Shown here piece after piece: positions 35,000 to 44,654 of a stretch of DNA of 64,000 nucleotides. The stretch lies in contig MKST01000002.1 of NCBI GenBank assembly GCA_001897355.1, positions 351,387-415,386 on the forward strand. Direction: 5' to 3'. The stretch comes from Solirubrobacterales bacterium 67-14 (GTDB taxonomy: Bacteria > Actinomycetota > Thermoleophilia > Solirubrobacterales > 70-9). Made by a program: the position numbers and the translations under genes. Position 1 is the stretch's first letter; the number at the start of each line of letters is the position of its first letter. The notes below the pieces were generated by a model. That model was not told where the DNA came from. It searched no databases and saw only the letters and a list, made by a program, of their open reading frames with translations.

Positions 35000-36129
35000 C
35001 CGGTCAGGCCCTCGCGGCTTTCGATGTCCTCGATCAGCGAGACGGCGTCATCCTCGGAGCGCAGCGAGTGGTCGGTGACCGAGCGCTGGCGACCGGCTGG
35101 CAGCGATTCGGTTTGGATCGCAGTCGAGTATTTGAGCTGGTAGAGGTCGATGTTGAAGGGGAGCTCGTATGGCAGGCCGCGGTAGAGGGCGACCCGGCCG
35201 GCGTCGTCGGTGCCGAGGAACCAGGCCTGGCGGGTCGCGAAGAAGAGCCCACCGACCACCAGCACCAGCACCGCGCAGAGCGCAGCCACCCCGGCGAGGA
35301 TCTTGCCCCGGCGACGCGGCTTCGGCCTCTCACGCTCACGCTGGCGGGCGGTGCTGCGAGTGCCGCCGCGGCGGACCATGGTCGGGTGCTCGCCCCGGGG
35401 CAGCGGGTTGGCCGGATCCTCGACCTGGAAGACGATCACCGTGATGTTGTCGCGTCCGCCGGCCCGGTTGGCCTCGTCGACCAGGGTGCGGGCGGCCGCA
35501 TCGAGGCTGGTCGCCCCCATCAGGATGTCGCGGATCTTCTCGTCCCCGATCATCGTGGTCAGGCCGTCGGAGCAGAGCAGGAAGATGTCCCCCGGTTCAG
35601 AGGGGATGGTGGCCAGGTCCGCTTGGACCTCCGGCTCGGGCCCGAGCGCGCGGGTGATGATCGAGCGCTGGGGATGGTCCTCGGCCTGCTCTTCGGTGAT
35701 CTGTCCCCGTCGGCGCATCTCCTCGACCAGCGAGTGGTCCTTGGTCAGGCGCTGGATGATGCCGTCTCGGATCCGGTAGGCGCGCGAATCGCCGACGTGG
35801 CCGACCACGACCCGTTCGCCCTCGGCGTCGACCGCGGCCACGGTGATCGTGGTGCCCATCCCGGCCAGGGAGGCATCCCCGTGGGCCTGGTCGTAGATGT
35901 TCCGGTTGGCGACCTGGATCGTCCGCTCGATCGACTCCTCCGGCAGGCCGTCCGGCAGACCGCCCTGGAAAGCCTGGATCGCGGTCAGCGAGGCGACCTC
36001 GCCGGCCTGGGCGCCGCCCATGCCGTCGGCAACCACGAAAAGCGGCGAACGGGCCAGGTACGAATCCTCGTTCGCCTGGCGCTGACGGCCGACGTCGGTC
36101 CGCTCGGAATGTCCGGCAACCCTCAACAT
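34996..36129 (-). CDS. pstP: PP2C-family Ser/Thr phosphatase with C-terminal TM/extracytoplasmic segment
   Basis: TDVGRQRQANEDS, VADGMGG, LLCSDGLT, GGRDNITV. TM ILAGVAALCAVLVLVVGGLFF. Confidence 0.9.
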   Translation of the reverse strand: MLRVAGHSERTDVGRQRQANEDSYLARSPLFVVADGMGGAQAGEVASLTAIQAFQGGLPDGLPEESIERTIQVANRNIYDQAHGDASLAGMGTTITVAAVDAEGERVVVGHVGDSRAYRIRDGIIQRLTKDHSLVEEMRRRGQITEEQAEDHPQRSIITRALGPEPEVQADLATIPSEPGDIFLLCSDGLTTMIGDEKIRDILMGATSLDAAARTLVDEANRAGGRDNITVIVFQVEDPANPLPRGEHPTMVRRGGTRSTARQRERERPKPRRRGKILAGVAALCAVLVLVVGGLFFATRQAWFLGTDDAGRVALYRGLPYELPFNIDLYQLKYSTAIQTESLPAGRQRSVTDHSLRSEDDAVSLIEDIESREGLTG

Positions 36130-36148
36130 GGCGATGTGATTGACCTAC

Positions 36149-36613
36149 TCATGGGCGATCCAGTTCAAACCTGAAAGCGGTGTCCCCGATCTCGATCATG
36201 CTGCCATCCCGCATCTCAACTTCGGATGTGACTGCGCCGCCGTCGAGCAGGGTGCCATTGGTCGAGTTCATGTCTTCAAGGAAGTATCGGTCACCGCGAG
36301 GGTAGAGCCTCGCGTGGAGGCCGGATGCGTAGCGATCCGTGAACGAGACGTCGGCCTCGCCGGAACGGCCGAGGGTGACCCCACCGAAGACGTCGAAGCG
36401 GGTTCCGGCCTCCAGGCCACCGCCTTTGACCACGACCAGCCAGGCGTCGTACGAGCCGGAGGGCACCGAAGCGATCGTCGCGTCGCTGCCGCCGTCCCCG
36501 CCGCGGTTGCGCCTGAGGTCCTTGCGCGCGCTGGCCGCGATCCAGAGCAGGAACAGGTAGAGGACGGCGAGGAAGCCGAACTTGAGGGCTACTGAAATCG
36601 GTTCGTAGTCCAA
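36149..36613 (-). CDS. fhaB: Membrane-anchored FHA-domain protein (FhaB/FipA-like)
   Basis: N-terminal TM followed by an FHA core: LGRSGEADVSF...ASGLHARL...LEDMNSTNGTLLDG. Confidence 0.85.
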   Translation of the reverse strand: MDYEPISVALKFGFLAVLYLFLLWIAASARKDLRRNRGGDGGSDATIASVPSGSYDAWLVVVKGGGLEAGTRFDVFGGVTLGRSGEADVSFTDRYASGLHARLYPRGDRYFLEDMNSTNGTLLDGGAVTSEVEMRDGSMIEIGDTAFRFELDRP

Positions 36614-36631
36614 TTGCGTGCCCGGCTGTGC

Positions 36632-37408
36632 TTACCGTTCGATCCCGAAGCGGAAGGTCGTGGTTCCGATCGTGACCTGGTCGCCTTCGCGAAGCGGCGC
36701 CTCGGTCACCCGGCGGCCGTTCACCTTCACCCCGTTGGTCGACCCGAGGTCGAAGATCTCCCACTGGCCGGAGGCGTCCTGACGAAGCTCGGCGTGGCGA
36801 CGGGAGACGTTCGGGTCACGCAGCACGCACTCGGCATCGTCAGAGCGGCCCAGCACCGCGCGGGGACCGTCGAGCACGTAGCGCCGGTCGTTCAGGTCGA
36901 CCACCGCCCGGGTCAGGGAAGGCCGCTCTGGCGCGCGGGCGGTCGGGTCGGCGGCCGGCTGCGCCGGCGGCACCTTGTAGACCATGGTGTGGCCCTCGTC
37001 GGCCTGCTCGGGCATTTCGCCTTCCCGGGCCGGCGGCTTCACCAGACGCGCCTGGATGCCGAACTCGCCGAGCCGCAACCGGCGGTCGGTGTTGAAATGG
37101 ACCTCGGGCCGGGTCAGCAGGTCATAGCCCTTGCGGCGAGCATGCTCCAGCAGGTAGCCGGAGAGTTCCTGTTCGAGCGAGCGTTCGTAGCCCTCCAGCT
37201 TGTCGCGGTCCTTCTCGGAAAGGTGAACGGTGTACTCGTTCGGCACGTAGACCCGGGAGACCGAGGCGGTCTTGTGCGAGTCCATCTCCTTGGCCAGCTT
37301 GCGGGCCAGCTCGACCGGCTGCACCTCGGAGCTGAAGGCACGGCTGAACACGCCTTCGACGAGGCCCTCGATACGGGCTTCGAGGTTGCGAAAGACACTC
37401 ATCGCCAC
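36632..37408 (-). CDS. fhaA: DUF3662 + FHA domain protein (FhaA-like)
   Basis: N-terminal FRNLEARIEGLVEGVFSRAF (DUF3662-like). C-terminal FHA: LGRS..AECVLRDPNVSRRHAEL...DLGSTNGVKVNG. Start is GTG 37408 or ATG 37402. Confidence 0.85.
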   Translation of the reverse strand: MAMSVFRNLEARIEGLVEGVFSRAFSSEVQPVELARKLAKEMDSHKTASVSRVYVPNEYTVHLSEKDRDKLEGYERSLEQELSGYLLEHARRKGYDLLTRPEVHFNTDRRLRLGEFGIQARLVKPPAREGEMPEQADEGHTMVYKVPPAQPAADPTARAPERPSLTRAVVDLNDRRYVLDGPRAVLGRSDDAECVLRDPNVSRRHAELRQDASGQWEIFDLGSTNGVKVNGRRVTEAPLREGDQVTIGTTTFRFGIER

Positions 37409-37411
37409 GGC

Positions 37412-38968
37412 CTAGTGGGCGTTGGGGACACGACTTGATCCTACGGGAGCGATGGCCATCGGTTCGTGGACCGGACCAGATCCACGCTGGCGCGTCCAGC
37501 CGACGATCGCGCCGACCAGCACCGCGACGACGGCCCAAACCGCCACCGAAAGCAGGAATGAAGGCGAGGTCACGACCGGTGCGACCAGCCCGGCGACCGC
37601 CCCCGAGACGGTGTCCTCCCAACCGGTCTCAGCCTTTTCGATCTTGCCGAAGAGCAGGGACCGGCCGGTGATCGATTCGGCCAGAGCGGTGAAACAGAGG
37701 CCGGTCACCGCGACCACGGCGCGGTCCCGCCAGTCGCTCGCCAGGGCGGCCAGCAGCGGCAGGAACGGCGCCATGCCAAGGGTTCCGAGCAGCGGTCCGA
37801 TCGCGGCCAGGGCCAGTGGCCGGCCCGAGCCGCGGACCAGCAGGGCCGGCGGCACCGAGACCAGCAGCACCACCAGCGCCGCCCCGGGCATCGCCGCGAT
37901 CAGGCCCAGCCAGGCGGCCAGCAAGGCACCGCCGGCGAGGAAGCCGGCCTTGGGCCGGAGCAGGGTGAGCAGGGCGGAGACCACGGTGAGCAGGCCGACC
38001 GAGGCGGCGTCGGCCGCGCCGCTGACGATCATCCCGGTGGCGACCATGCCGCAGACCGCGGCCGCGCAGGCGATCCGGCCCAGGTCGAGGCTGCCGTCGG
38101 CGAAGGAGGTGAGCTTCGATTCGCGGCGGGCCGGTTCGGGGACCGTGCGGTCGAGTTCGGGGAGCGCGGCCTCAAGCGCCACGCCGAGGTCTTCGAGGCC
38201 CGGCCGGTACTCCGGTTCGCGGTCGAGGCAGGCGTCGAGCGCTTCGGTCATGGCCGGTGGCAGGTCGGGCCGTAGGTCGGCCAGCAGAGGCAGATCCTTC
38301 TCGATCGCCCTCAGGGTCAGGCTCGGGGTCGGCTTGCGCCGCGGGTTTTCCCCGGTCCACGCTTCGAAGAGGGTGAGCGCGAGCGAGTAGACGTCGCCGG
38401 CCGAGGTCACCGGACTGCCTTCGGCCGCCTCCGGTGACATGTAGGCGAGGGTGCCCAGCACGTCGCCGGTGTTGGTCAGGTCGTCGCCGTCGGTCAGCCG
38501 GGCAACCCCGAAATCCATCAGCTTGGCCCCGCCCCGTCCGTTCGGGACGATCAGGTTGGCCGGCTTGATGTCGCGGTGGATCACTTCCCGGGAGTGGGCG
38601 TGGTCGAGCGCCTCGCAGATGTCGATCCCGATCTCGGCGATCTCGTGGTCACTCATCAGGTCGCCGTCGATCAGTTCACGCACGGTCTGGCCGTCGACCA
38701 GCTCGGAGACCAGGTAGGCCCGGCCACCTTCGCGGCCGTACTCGTGGTGGGCGAACTCGTAGAGGGTGACGATCCCGGTGTGGTTGAGCCGGGCCGCCGC
38801 CTTGGCCTCCCGCTGGATCCGCGGGCCGGACTCGGCCGCGGTCTCGATCACCTTGACCGCCACTTCCCGTTCGAGGCGCCGGTCCCAGGCCCTGTAGACC
38901 GTGCCGAAACCGCCGGCGCCAAGCCGGTCGCCGATCTCGAAGCGGTTGAGAACCAGGGTGCCGTTCAT
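37412..38968 (-). CDS. Hanks-type Ser/Thr protein kinase fused to a polytopic membrane C-terminal domain
   Basis: Trimmed to the ATG at 38968 (MNGTLVLNRFEIGDRLGAGGFGTVYRAWD). VAVK, HRDIKPANLI, DFGVA. The C-terminal 230 aa or so contain about 6-7 hydrophobic helices. Its stop is 3 nt from the fhaA start. Confidence 0.85.
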   Translation of the reverse strand: MNGTLVLNRFEIGDRLGAGGFGTVYRAWDRRLEREVAVKVIETAAESGPRIQREAKAAARLNHTGIVTLYEFAHHEYGREGGRAYLVSELVDGQTVRELIDGDLMSDHEIAEIGIDICEALDHAHSREVIHRDIKPANLIVPNGRGGAKLMDFGVARLTDGDDLTNTGDVLGTLAYMSPEAAEGSPVTSAGDVYSLALTLFEAWTGENPRRKPTPSLTLRAIEKDLPLLADLRPDLPPAMTEALDACLDREPEYRPGLEDLGVALEAALPELDRTVPEPARRESKLTSFADGSLDLGRIACAAAVCGMVATGMIVSGAADAASVGLLTVVSALLTLLRPKAGFLAGGALLAAWLGLIAAMPGAALVVLLVSVPPALLVRGSGRPLALAAIGPLLGTLGMAPFLPLLAALASDWRDRAVVAVTGLCFTALAESITGRSLLFGKIEKAETGWEDTVSGAVAGLVAPVVTSPSFLLSVAVWAVVAVLVGAIVGWTRQRGSGPVHEPMAIAPVGSSRVPNAH

Positions 38969-39144
38969 CACCCAGCACCTTTCTGCGCCGAGGGTCCCTA
39001 ACCTCCCCGTCACTCACCCGGAGCGGTTTCGCTCCCCGGCCGGACGGTTTTGGATGAAGTCCCTGCAAATGCCGGTACCGGTGGGCGATATTCGGGTGAA
39101 GGGAATAGATTGGCAGCGCCGAAAAGCGTTCGGCAGGTGGACTT

Positions 39145-40386
39145 TTGGAGTTTTCCAACCCTTACAACTCAGACGACCGCGACGACGATCCCTTCATCGA
39201 CGGTCCCGACCAGGAGCCGGCGACGATCGAGTCCAATCCGGAACCCGGTCTCGACGACCTCGGATTCGACGACCCGGCCGAAGCCAGAGATCCCGGAACG
39301 CCGAGAAGGCGTCGCTCAGGCGGTTCGGGCGGTGGTTCCCGCCGTCCCCCGCGCCGCGGCCCACGGGGCGGCGGAGGCTCGGGAGGCGGCAAGCAGCAGC
39401 TGATGGTCCGCCGCGCGATCGCGCTGGGGGCCGGCCTGCTGGTGCTGATCCTGCTGGTCTTCGGCGCCAAGGGCTGCCTCGACGCACGCAAGAACCGCTC
39501 GCTCGAGGACTACGCGAACAACGTCACCCAGATCGTCAACGAGACCAACGCACTCGGCAAGTCCTTCTTTGCGCGGCTCAGTGACCCCGGCAAGCTTTCG
39601 GTGACCGAGTTCACCAGCGAGATCCAGTCCGACCGCTCGGCCATGGACGGCTTCCTCAGCCGGGTCCAGAAGCTCGACACCCCGGGCGACATGAGTTCAT
39701 CCCAGGATTCGCTGACCCTCGTCTACCAGCTGCGGGCTTCGGCCATGGACGAGATAGCCGACAAGATGAGCACGGCCCTCGGCGACGAGGGAGCCGACCG
39801 GGCCCGCCGCCAGATCGCCGGTCAGATGCAGGTCCTCAGCGCCGCCGACGTGCTCTACAACCGGGTGACCCGCCACCAGATCGACAACACGATCACCTCG
39901 AACGGCGCCAACGCCCCGGCCATGCCGGTCAGCACCTTCATGCAGAAGCCGGAGGACTGGATTTCGGCCGATGCGGTGAGCGACGCGCTCGACGGGGTCT
40001 CCGGCGCCGCCGGGGCCGCACCGGACGACAACCTCTCCCACGGGACCGGCATCGATCCCGCTTCTTCGGTCACGATCGGCGACACCACCCTGAGCCCGGA
40101 CACGACCACGACGATCCCGGCCGGCACCGATCCGGTGGTCAGCGTGGCGGTCCAGAACCAGGGTGGCGCGACCGAAAGCGACGTCAACGTCTCGGTCTCG
40201 GTCGACGGGGGAAGCCCGGTCGAGCAATCGATCCCCGAGATCGCCAGCATGGACACCGGAACGGCGTCGATAACCCTGACCCCGGCCCCGACCGGCCAGG
40301 TGACACTCGAGGTCACGGTGGACGCGGTCCCGGGCGAGTCGATCACGACCAACAACGAAGCTTCCTACACCGTCGACTTCGGGTAG
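39145..40386 (+). CDS. Membrane-anchored protein with acidic/RG-rich N-terminal tail and C-terminal CARDB-like domain
   Basis: TTG start. Disordered N-terminus (RRRRSGGSGGGSRRPPRRGPRGGGGSGGG), TM (AIALGAGLLVLILLVFGA). C-terminal VSVAVQNQGGATESDVNVSVSVDG...VDAVPGESITTNNEASYTV is typical of CARDB. Confidence 0.7.
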   Translation: MEFSNPYNSDDRDDDPFIDGPDQEPATIESNPEPGLDDLGFDDPAEARDPGTPRRRRSGGSGGGSRRPPRRGPRGGGGSGGGKQQLMVRRAIALGAGLLVLILLVFGAKGCLDARKNRSLEDYANNVTQIVNETNALGKSFFARLSDPGKLSVTEFTSEIQSDRSAMDGFLSRVQKLDTPGDMSSSQDSLTLVYQLRASAMDEIADKMSTALGDEGADRARRQIAGQMQVLSAADVLYNRVTRHQIDNTITSNGANAPAMPVSTFMQKPEDWISADAVSDALDGVSGAAGAAPDDNLSHGTGIDPASSVTIGDTTLSPDTTTTIPAGTDPVVSVAVQNQGGATESDVNVSVSVDGGSPVEQSIPEIASMDTGTASITLTPAPTGQVTLEVTVDAVPGESITTNNEASYTVDFG

Positions 40387-40393
40387 GCACGCC

Positions 40394-41248
40394 TTGCGTG
40401 TCGCCTACCTCGGCCCGGCCGGTACCTTCAGCGAAGACGCGCTCGAGGTGAGCGGTTTCGCCCCCGATACCTTCGAACCTCGGGTCACCGAAACGATCCC
40501 GGCGGCGATCGAGGCCGTGGCCGAAGGGTTCGCCGAGCGGGCGCTGGTCCCGGTCGAGAACTCGATCGAAGGCTCGGTCCGGCCGACCCTGGACTCCCTG
40601 ATCGAGCAGGCCGAGCGGGTCCGGATCATCGGCGAGTACGACCACGAGATCCGCTCGGCGCTGATCGCACGCCCGGGCCTCGACCCGGCCGCGATCGAGG
40701 CCGTTATCTCCCACCCCCAGCCGCTGGCCCAATGCGCCCTGTTCCTGCGGACCGAACTCGGCCAGGCCGAGCTCCGGGTCGCTTCCAGCACCAGTGCCGC
40801 GGTCCGCGAAGTCGCGTCCACCGACCGGCCCTGGGCGGCGCTGGCCCCGGCCCGGGCCGCCCGCCTCTACGACTGCGAGGTGCTGCGGGAGGGGATCGAG
40901 GATGAGCCGGGCAACGTGACCCGGTTCCTCTGGCTGGCGCCCCGCGACCTTTCCGTCGACGAAGCGGCCCCGGGCAACCCGGACGGCCCGTGGAAGACCA
41001 GCTTGGTCTTCGCCGAGCTCGGCGCCGACCATCCGGGTGCCCTGGTCGAGGCCCTTCACGTCTTCTCGGACCGCGAGATCAACCTGGTCCGTATCGAGTC
41101 CCGACCGATCCGCCGCGAGCTGGGCCGCTACCGCTTCTTCATCGACATCGAGGGCCGGGACGACTCAGCAGAGATCGCGAATGCGATTTCCGAGTTGAGA
41201 TCAAAGGCCGGATCGTTGGCGATACTGGGTTCGTACCCCACGACCTGA
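40394..41248 (+). CDS. pheA: Prephenate dehydratase
   Basis: MRVAYLGPAGTFSE, ENSIEGSV, TRFLWL. C-terminal ACT region (TSLVFAEL...NLVRIESRP). TTG start. Confidence 0.9.
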   Translation: MRVAYLGPAGTFSEDALEVSGFAPDTFEPRVTETIPAAIEAVAEGFAERALVPVENSIEGSVRPTLDSLIEQAERVRIIGEYDHEIRSALIARPGLDPAAIEAVISHPQPLAQCALFLRTELGQAELRVASSTSAAVREVASTDRPWAALAPARAARLYDCEVLREGIEDEPGNVTRFLWLAPRDLSVDEAAPGNPDGPWKTSLVFAELGADHPGALVEALHVFSDREINLVRIESRPIRRELGRYRFFIDIEGRDDSAEIANAISELRSKAGSLAILGSYPTT

Positions 41249-41263
41249 GCGTCGGCCGGGCTG

Positions 41264-41980
41264 TCACCTTCCGCGCCAGTAGCCGCCACTCACGTTCATC
41301 ACGGCGCCGGAAACCCAGGCGCCGCCGCTTCCCAGCAGATACCCGACGGCTTCCGCGACCGGCTCCGGGCCCCCGAAGCCAAGTGGCTGCGATTCGAGGT
41401 ATCGCTGTTCCTCTTCCTCGGTCATGGGGTTGCCGGTGGTACCGGTGGCTCCAGGCGCGATCGCGTTGACCCGGATCCCGTATGGCTCGAGTTCGGCTGC
41501 GAGGCCCATCGTCAATCCGACGATGCCCGCCTTCGAAGCGACATACGCCACCGAAACGCCGGGAGTCGGCACGACGCCACAGATCGAGGCGATGCTGACG
41601 ACGCGGGAATCTCCGCGCTCTTTCAGGGTCGGCAGGGCTCCGCTGATGCATCTCCAGGTGCCGGTGAGGTTCACGTCGATCAGCTGCTGCCATCGTTCGA
41701 TCGACGTCTCCTCCGGAGTTTCGAACGGCGCGTCGATCCCGGCCACGTTGACGAGGGCGTCGAACCAGCCCCAGCTCGCCGTCACCTTCTCGTACATCGC
41801 TTGGACCGCCCGATCCGAGGAAATATCGACGGTGCAGCATTCCATGCCGATCGAGTCGGCCACGGAGGCCACCTTCGTCGACTGGATGTCGGCCAGGAAC
41901 ACCCTGTGCCCGGACGCGGCCAGGCTCCGACTGACGGCCTCACCGATCCCTTGTGCGGCGCCAGTCACGACGACCCTCAT
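41264..41980 (-). CDS. SDR family oxidoreductase
   Basis: MRVVVTGAAQGIG (TGxxxGIG) and YVASKAGIVGL (YxxxK). 238 aa. Confidence 0.85.
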   Translation of the reverse strand: MRVVVTGAAQGIGEAVSRSLAASGHRVFLADIQSTKVASVADSIGMECCTVDISSDRAVQAMYEKVTASWGWFDALVNVAGIDAPFETPEETSIERWQQLIDVNLTGTWRCISGALPTLKERGDSRVVSIASICGVVPTPGVSVAYVASKAGIVGLTMGLAAELEPYGIRVNAIAPGATGTTGNPMTEEEEQRYLESQPLGFGGPEPVAEAVGYLLGSGGAWVSGAVMNVSGGYWRGR

Positions 41981-42050
41981 GCCTTCTCCTTTCGGTGAAC
42001 TGTCCGGGCCGGTTGCCGGCCGGACTCGTAGCTAAAGAATATCTAAGCTA

Positions 42051-42066
42051 ACTAACGCTCGTTTGC
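42051..42066. promoter_or_regulatory. Operator-like site 1: ACTAACgctcGTTTGC
   Basis: In the AT-richer 102-nt gap between the divergent SDR and epimerase genes, 16 nt upstream of ATG 42083. One of four related 16-mers (see findings). Confidence 0.4.
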
Positions 42067-42082
42067 TAATCTGCGCCTTCAT

Positions 42083-43027
42083 ATGGCGACAGCACACGAT
42101 CCGATTCTCGTTACTGGTGGACGCGGCTATGTGGGGAGGTGGGCGGTCCGGCGACTGGTCGAGATGGGGATCCCGGTCGTGACCTTCGACCGTGATCCTT
42201 GGCCGGACGAGCCCGGAGTGACCGCGATCCACGGCGAGCTGGTCGACCTCGCCCAACTGACAAGGGTCCTCGACGAACACGGAGTGGACGCGGTGATCCA
42301 CACGGCGGCCATCTCCAGCCCGGACATGAGCTTCGCGATGCCGACCGCGACGCTGGCCGCCAACGTGATGGGAACCGCCAACGTGCTCGAGGCAGCGCGG
42401 GGCGCGGGGATCAGGCGGGTGGTGAACTTCTCCAGCTCGTCCATATATGGCTGGCAGACGGGTCCGGTCGGCGAGGGTTCGATTCCCGCGCCGAAGGCCA
42501 CCTACGGGGTCAGCAAACTAGCCGCCGAGAACCTGGCCACCGTCTTTCGCAGCATCCACGACCTAGATGTCCTCTCCTTGCGGGTCTGCTGGGTATACGG
42601 CCCAGGCCTACGAGTGCCGGGCGAGCACGTCGGGCAGATGATCTGGGCGGCCCTGAAAGGCGAGGCCTACAGGCTGGAGGCGGGTGCGGACCATCCCCTG
42701 CCGCTGGTCTTCGTCGGCGACGTGGCCGAGGCGGCGATCCTCGCCGCGCAAGCCAAGTCCGTTTCACAACCGGTCTACAACGTGGCCGGGCCTCGGACCC
42801 TGACCCTCGGCCAGGCCGCCGAGGTAGTCCGATCCCGAATCCCCGAGGCCGAGATCGAGATTGGGCCCGGCTTCCTCCCCCTCGAGAGGCTCGGCGACCA
42901 CCGCGTCGCCGACGTGGACATCAGCTCCGCCGGCCGCGACTTCAACTACTTCCCCGTGCTCGACCCCGTCGACGGTATCGACGGCTACATCGCGTCACTC
43001 CGCGAACAACTCGGGATGACGCCCTAA
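42083..43027 (+). CDS. NAD-dependent epimerase/dehydratase family protein
   Basis: ILVTGGRGYVG Rossmann motif and YGVSK catalytic pair. 314 aa. Confidence 0.85.
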   Translation: MATAHDPILVTGGRGYVGRWAVRRLVEMGIPVVTFDRDPWPDEPGVTAIHGELVDLAQLTRVLDEHGVDAVIHTAAISSPDMSFAMPTATLAANVMGTANVLEAARGAGIRRVVNFSSSSIYGWQTGPVGEGSIPAPKATYGVSKLAAENLATVFRSIHDLDVLSLRVCWVYGPGLRVPGEHVGQMIWAALKGEAYRLEAGADHPLPLVFVGDVAEAAILAAQAKSVSQPVYNVAGPRTLTLGQAAEVVRSRIPEAEIEIGPGFLPLERLGDHRVADVDISSAGRDFNYFPVLDPVDGIDGYIASLREQLGMTP

Positions 43028-43040
43028 CCGAAAGAGGAAA

Positions 43041-44654
43041 ATGCCTGGACTGAATACCGGTCGTATGGCCGGAAAGCTGCTCACACGGCTAGCGCTGCTC
43101 GCCGCACTCCTGTCGATCGCCACCTTCGAGGCCGCCTGCGGTTCAGCCGGGGACAGCACCGGAACTGGTTCCGGGTCAGGAGGGACCATCAACGTCGCAC
43201 TCAACTCGGGGATCGCGACATTGGACCCGGCCTACGGCTGTTTCCCGCAGTACGACTACTGGATCATCAAGAACACCTACGACACCCTCGTCCAGTACGG
43301 CTCAGAGCGAGACCAGAACGGGCAGGCGGAGATCAAGCCCAGCTTGGCCAAGAACTGGAAGATCAGCGACGACGGAAAGACCTACACCTTCAATCTGCGT
43401 GACGACGTCAAATTCGCCAGCGGCAACCCGATGACCGCAGCGGATGTCGTCTACGGATTCGAAAGGCTCATGGACAAGGGCGGCTGCGCCGACTACGTCC
43501 TGCGGCTGGGCGACCCGAAAGCGGTCGAGAGCGTCACGGCCACCGGCAAGCACCAGGTGACCTTCCGGATCAACAGGCCGAGCCCGATCTTCCTCGGGCA
43601 GCTGACGCAGACCGGGCTCAGCCCGATCGACAGGAAGCAGCTGCAGGCCAACGGTGGCCTGACCCAGAAGGGTGACAACTGGATGGCGTCCCACACGATC
43701 GGCACCGGTGCCTACGAGGTGACCAGCTACCAGCCGGACAGTCAGATCGTCCTCAAAGCCCGTGACGACTACTGGCAGGGCAAGCCGGAAAACCCCGGAG
43801 TCAACGTCCGGATCGTCTCCGACCCGACAACGCTCAACACCCTGGTTCAGTCCAACGAAGTCGACCTGGCCTACGGCATCCATCCCAAGGACGTCGACCG
43901 GCTGGCAGAAGGGCGGCAGAGCCTGAGCCAGCCCGGCCCCTGGTACATCTACCTGGGCCTGAACACCAAGAAGGCTCCCTTCGACGACATCAAGCTGCGC
44001 CAGGCGGCGCGGCTGGCGCTTGACCGGCCGGCGATGGCGGACGAGCTCGCTCAGGGTCACGCCACATTGGTAGAGGGCCCGATGCCCCCGACCATGCCCT
44101 TCCGGCCGGACATCCCCCTGGTCGAACAGAACGTGGACGAGGCCCGGAAGATGGTCTCCGAGGCAGGCGCCGAAGGGACGCGGGTAACGATCGACGTCAA
44201 AGCCGGCGACCAGCTCGAAAGCCAGGTGGCCGAGGTGATCCAGTCCTCACTCAACGAGGTGGGGTTCGACGTCACCGTCGCCAAGCTCGGCACCTCCGCC
44301 TTCTACGGCAAGGGCGGCGGCTTCAAGTCCCAGGCCTACCTGTCACGAGACGGGACGCCTTTCAACGATCCGGCCTACTACCTGGGCTTCCAGGTGAAGT
44401 GCGGCAACGCCTTCAACTGGACCCAATACTGCGACAAGCGGGTCGACCATCTGCTCGAAGTGGGCCGTAACTCCCAGGATCCCGAAGTACGCCGGAAGGC
44501 CTACGGCGAGATTTCGGAGATCGCGACCAGGGACGCGGCACTGATCCCCATCTTCGGGGTGACGCCGAACGTGATCGGGGCCAAGTCGCTGCATGGCTTC
44601 GTCGCCTACGACGACCTGGAACCGGTGTTCTGGCCGATGTCGGTCAGCGGATGA
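43041..44654 (+). CDS. ABC transporter substrate-binding lipoprotein, family 5 (peptide/opine/nickel type)
   Basis: Lipobox ...FEAAC/GS. LAKNWKISDDGKTYTFNLRDDVKFASGNPMTAADV is typical of SBP_bac_5. Paralogous to 61517..63115 and 63703..64000. Confidence 0.85.
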   Translation: MPGLNTGRMAGKLLTRLALLAALLSIATFEAACGSAGDSTGTGSGSGGTINVALNSGIATLDPAYGCFPQYDYWIIKNTYDTLVQYGSERDQNGQAEIKPSLAKNWKISDDGKTYTFNLRDDVKFASGNPMTAADVVYGFERLMDKGGCADYVLRLGDPKAVESVTATGKHQVTFRINRPSPIFLGQLTQTGLSPIDRKQLQANGGLTQKGDNWMASHTIGTGAYEVTSYQPDSQIVLKARDDYWQGKPENPGVNVRIVSDPTTLNTLVQSNEVDLAYGIHPKDVDRLAEGRQSLSQPGPWYIYLGLNTKKAPFDDIKLRQAARLALDRPAMADELAQGHATLVEGPMPPTMPFRPDIPLVEQNVDEARKMVSEAGAEGTRVTIDVKAGDQLESQVAEVIQSSLNEVGFDVTVAKLGTSAFYGKGGGFKSQAYLSRDGTPFNDPAYYLGFQVKCGNAFNWTQYCDKRVDHLLEVGRNSQDPEVRRKAYGEISEIATRDAALIPIFGVTPNVIGAKSLHGFVAYDDLEPVFWPMSVSG

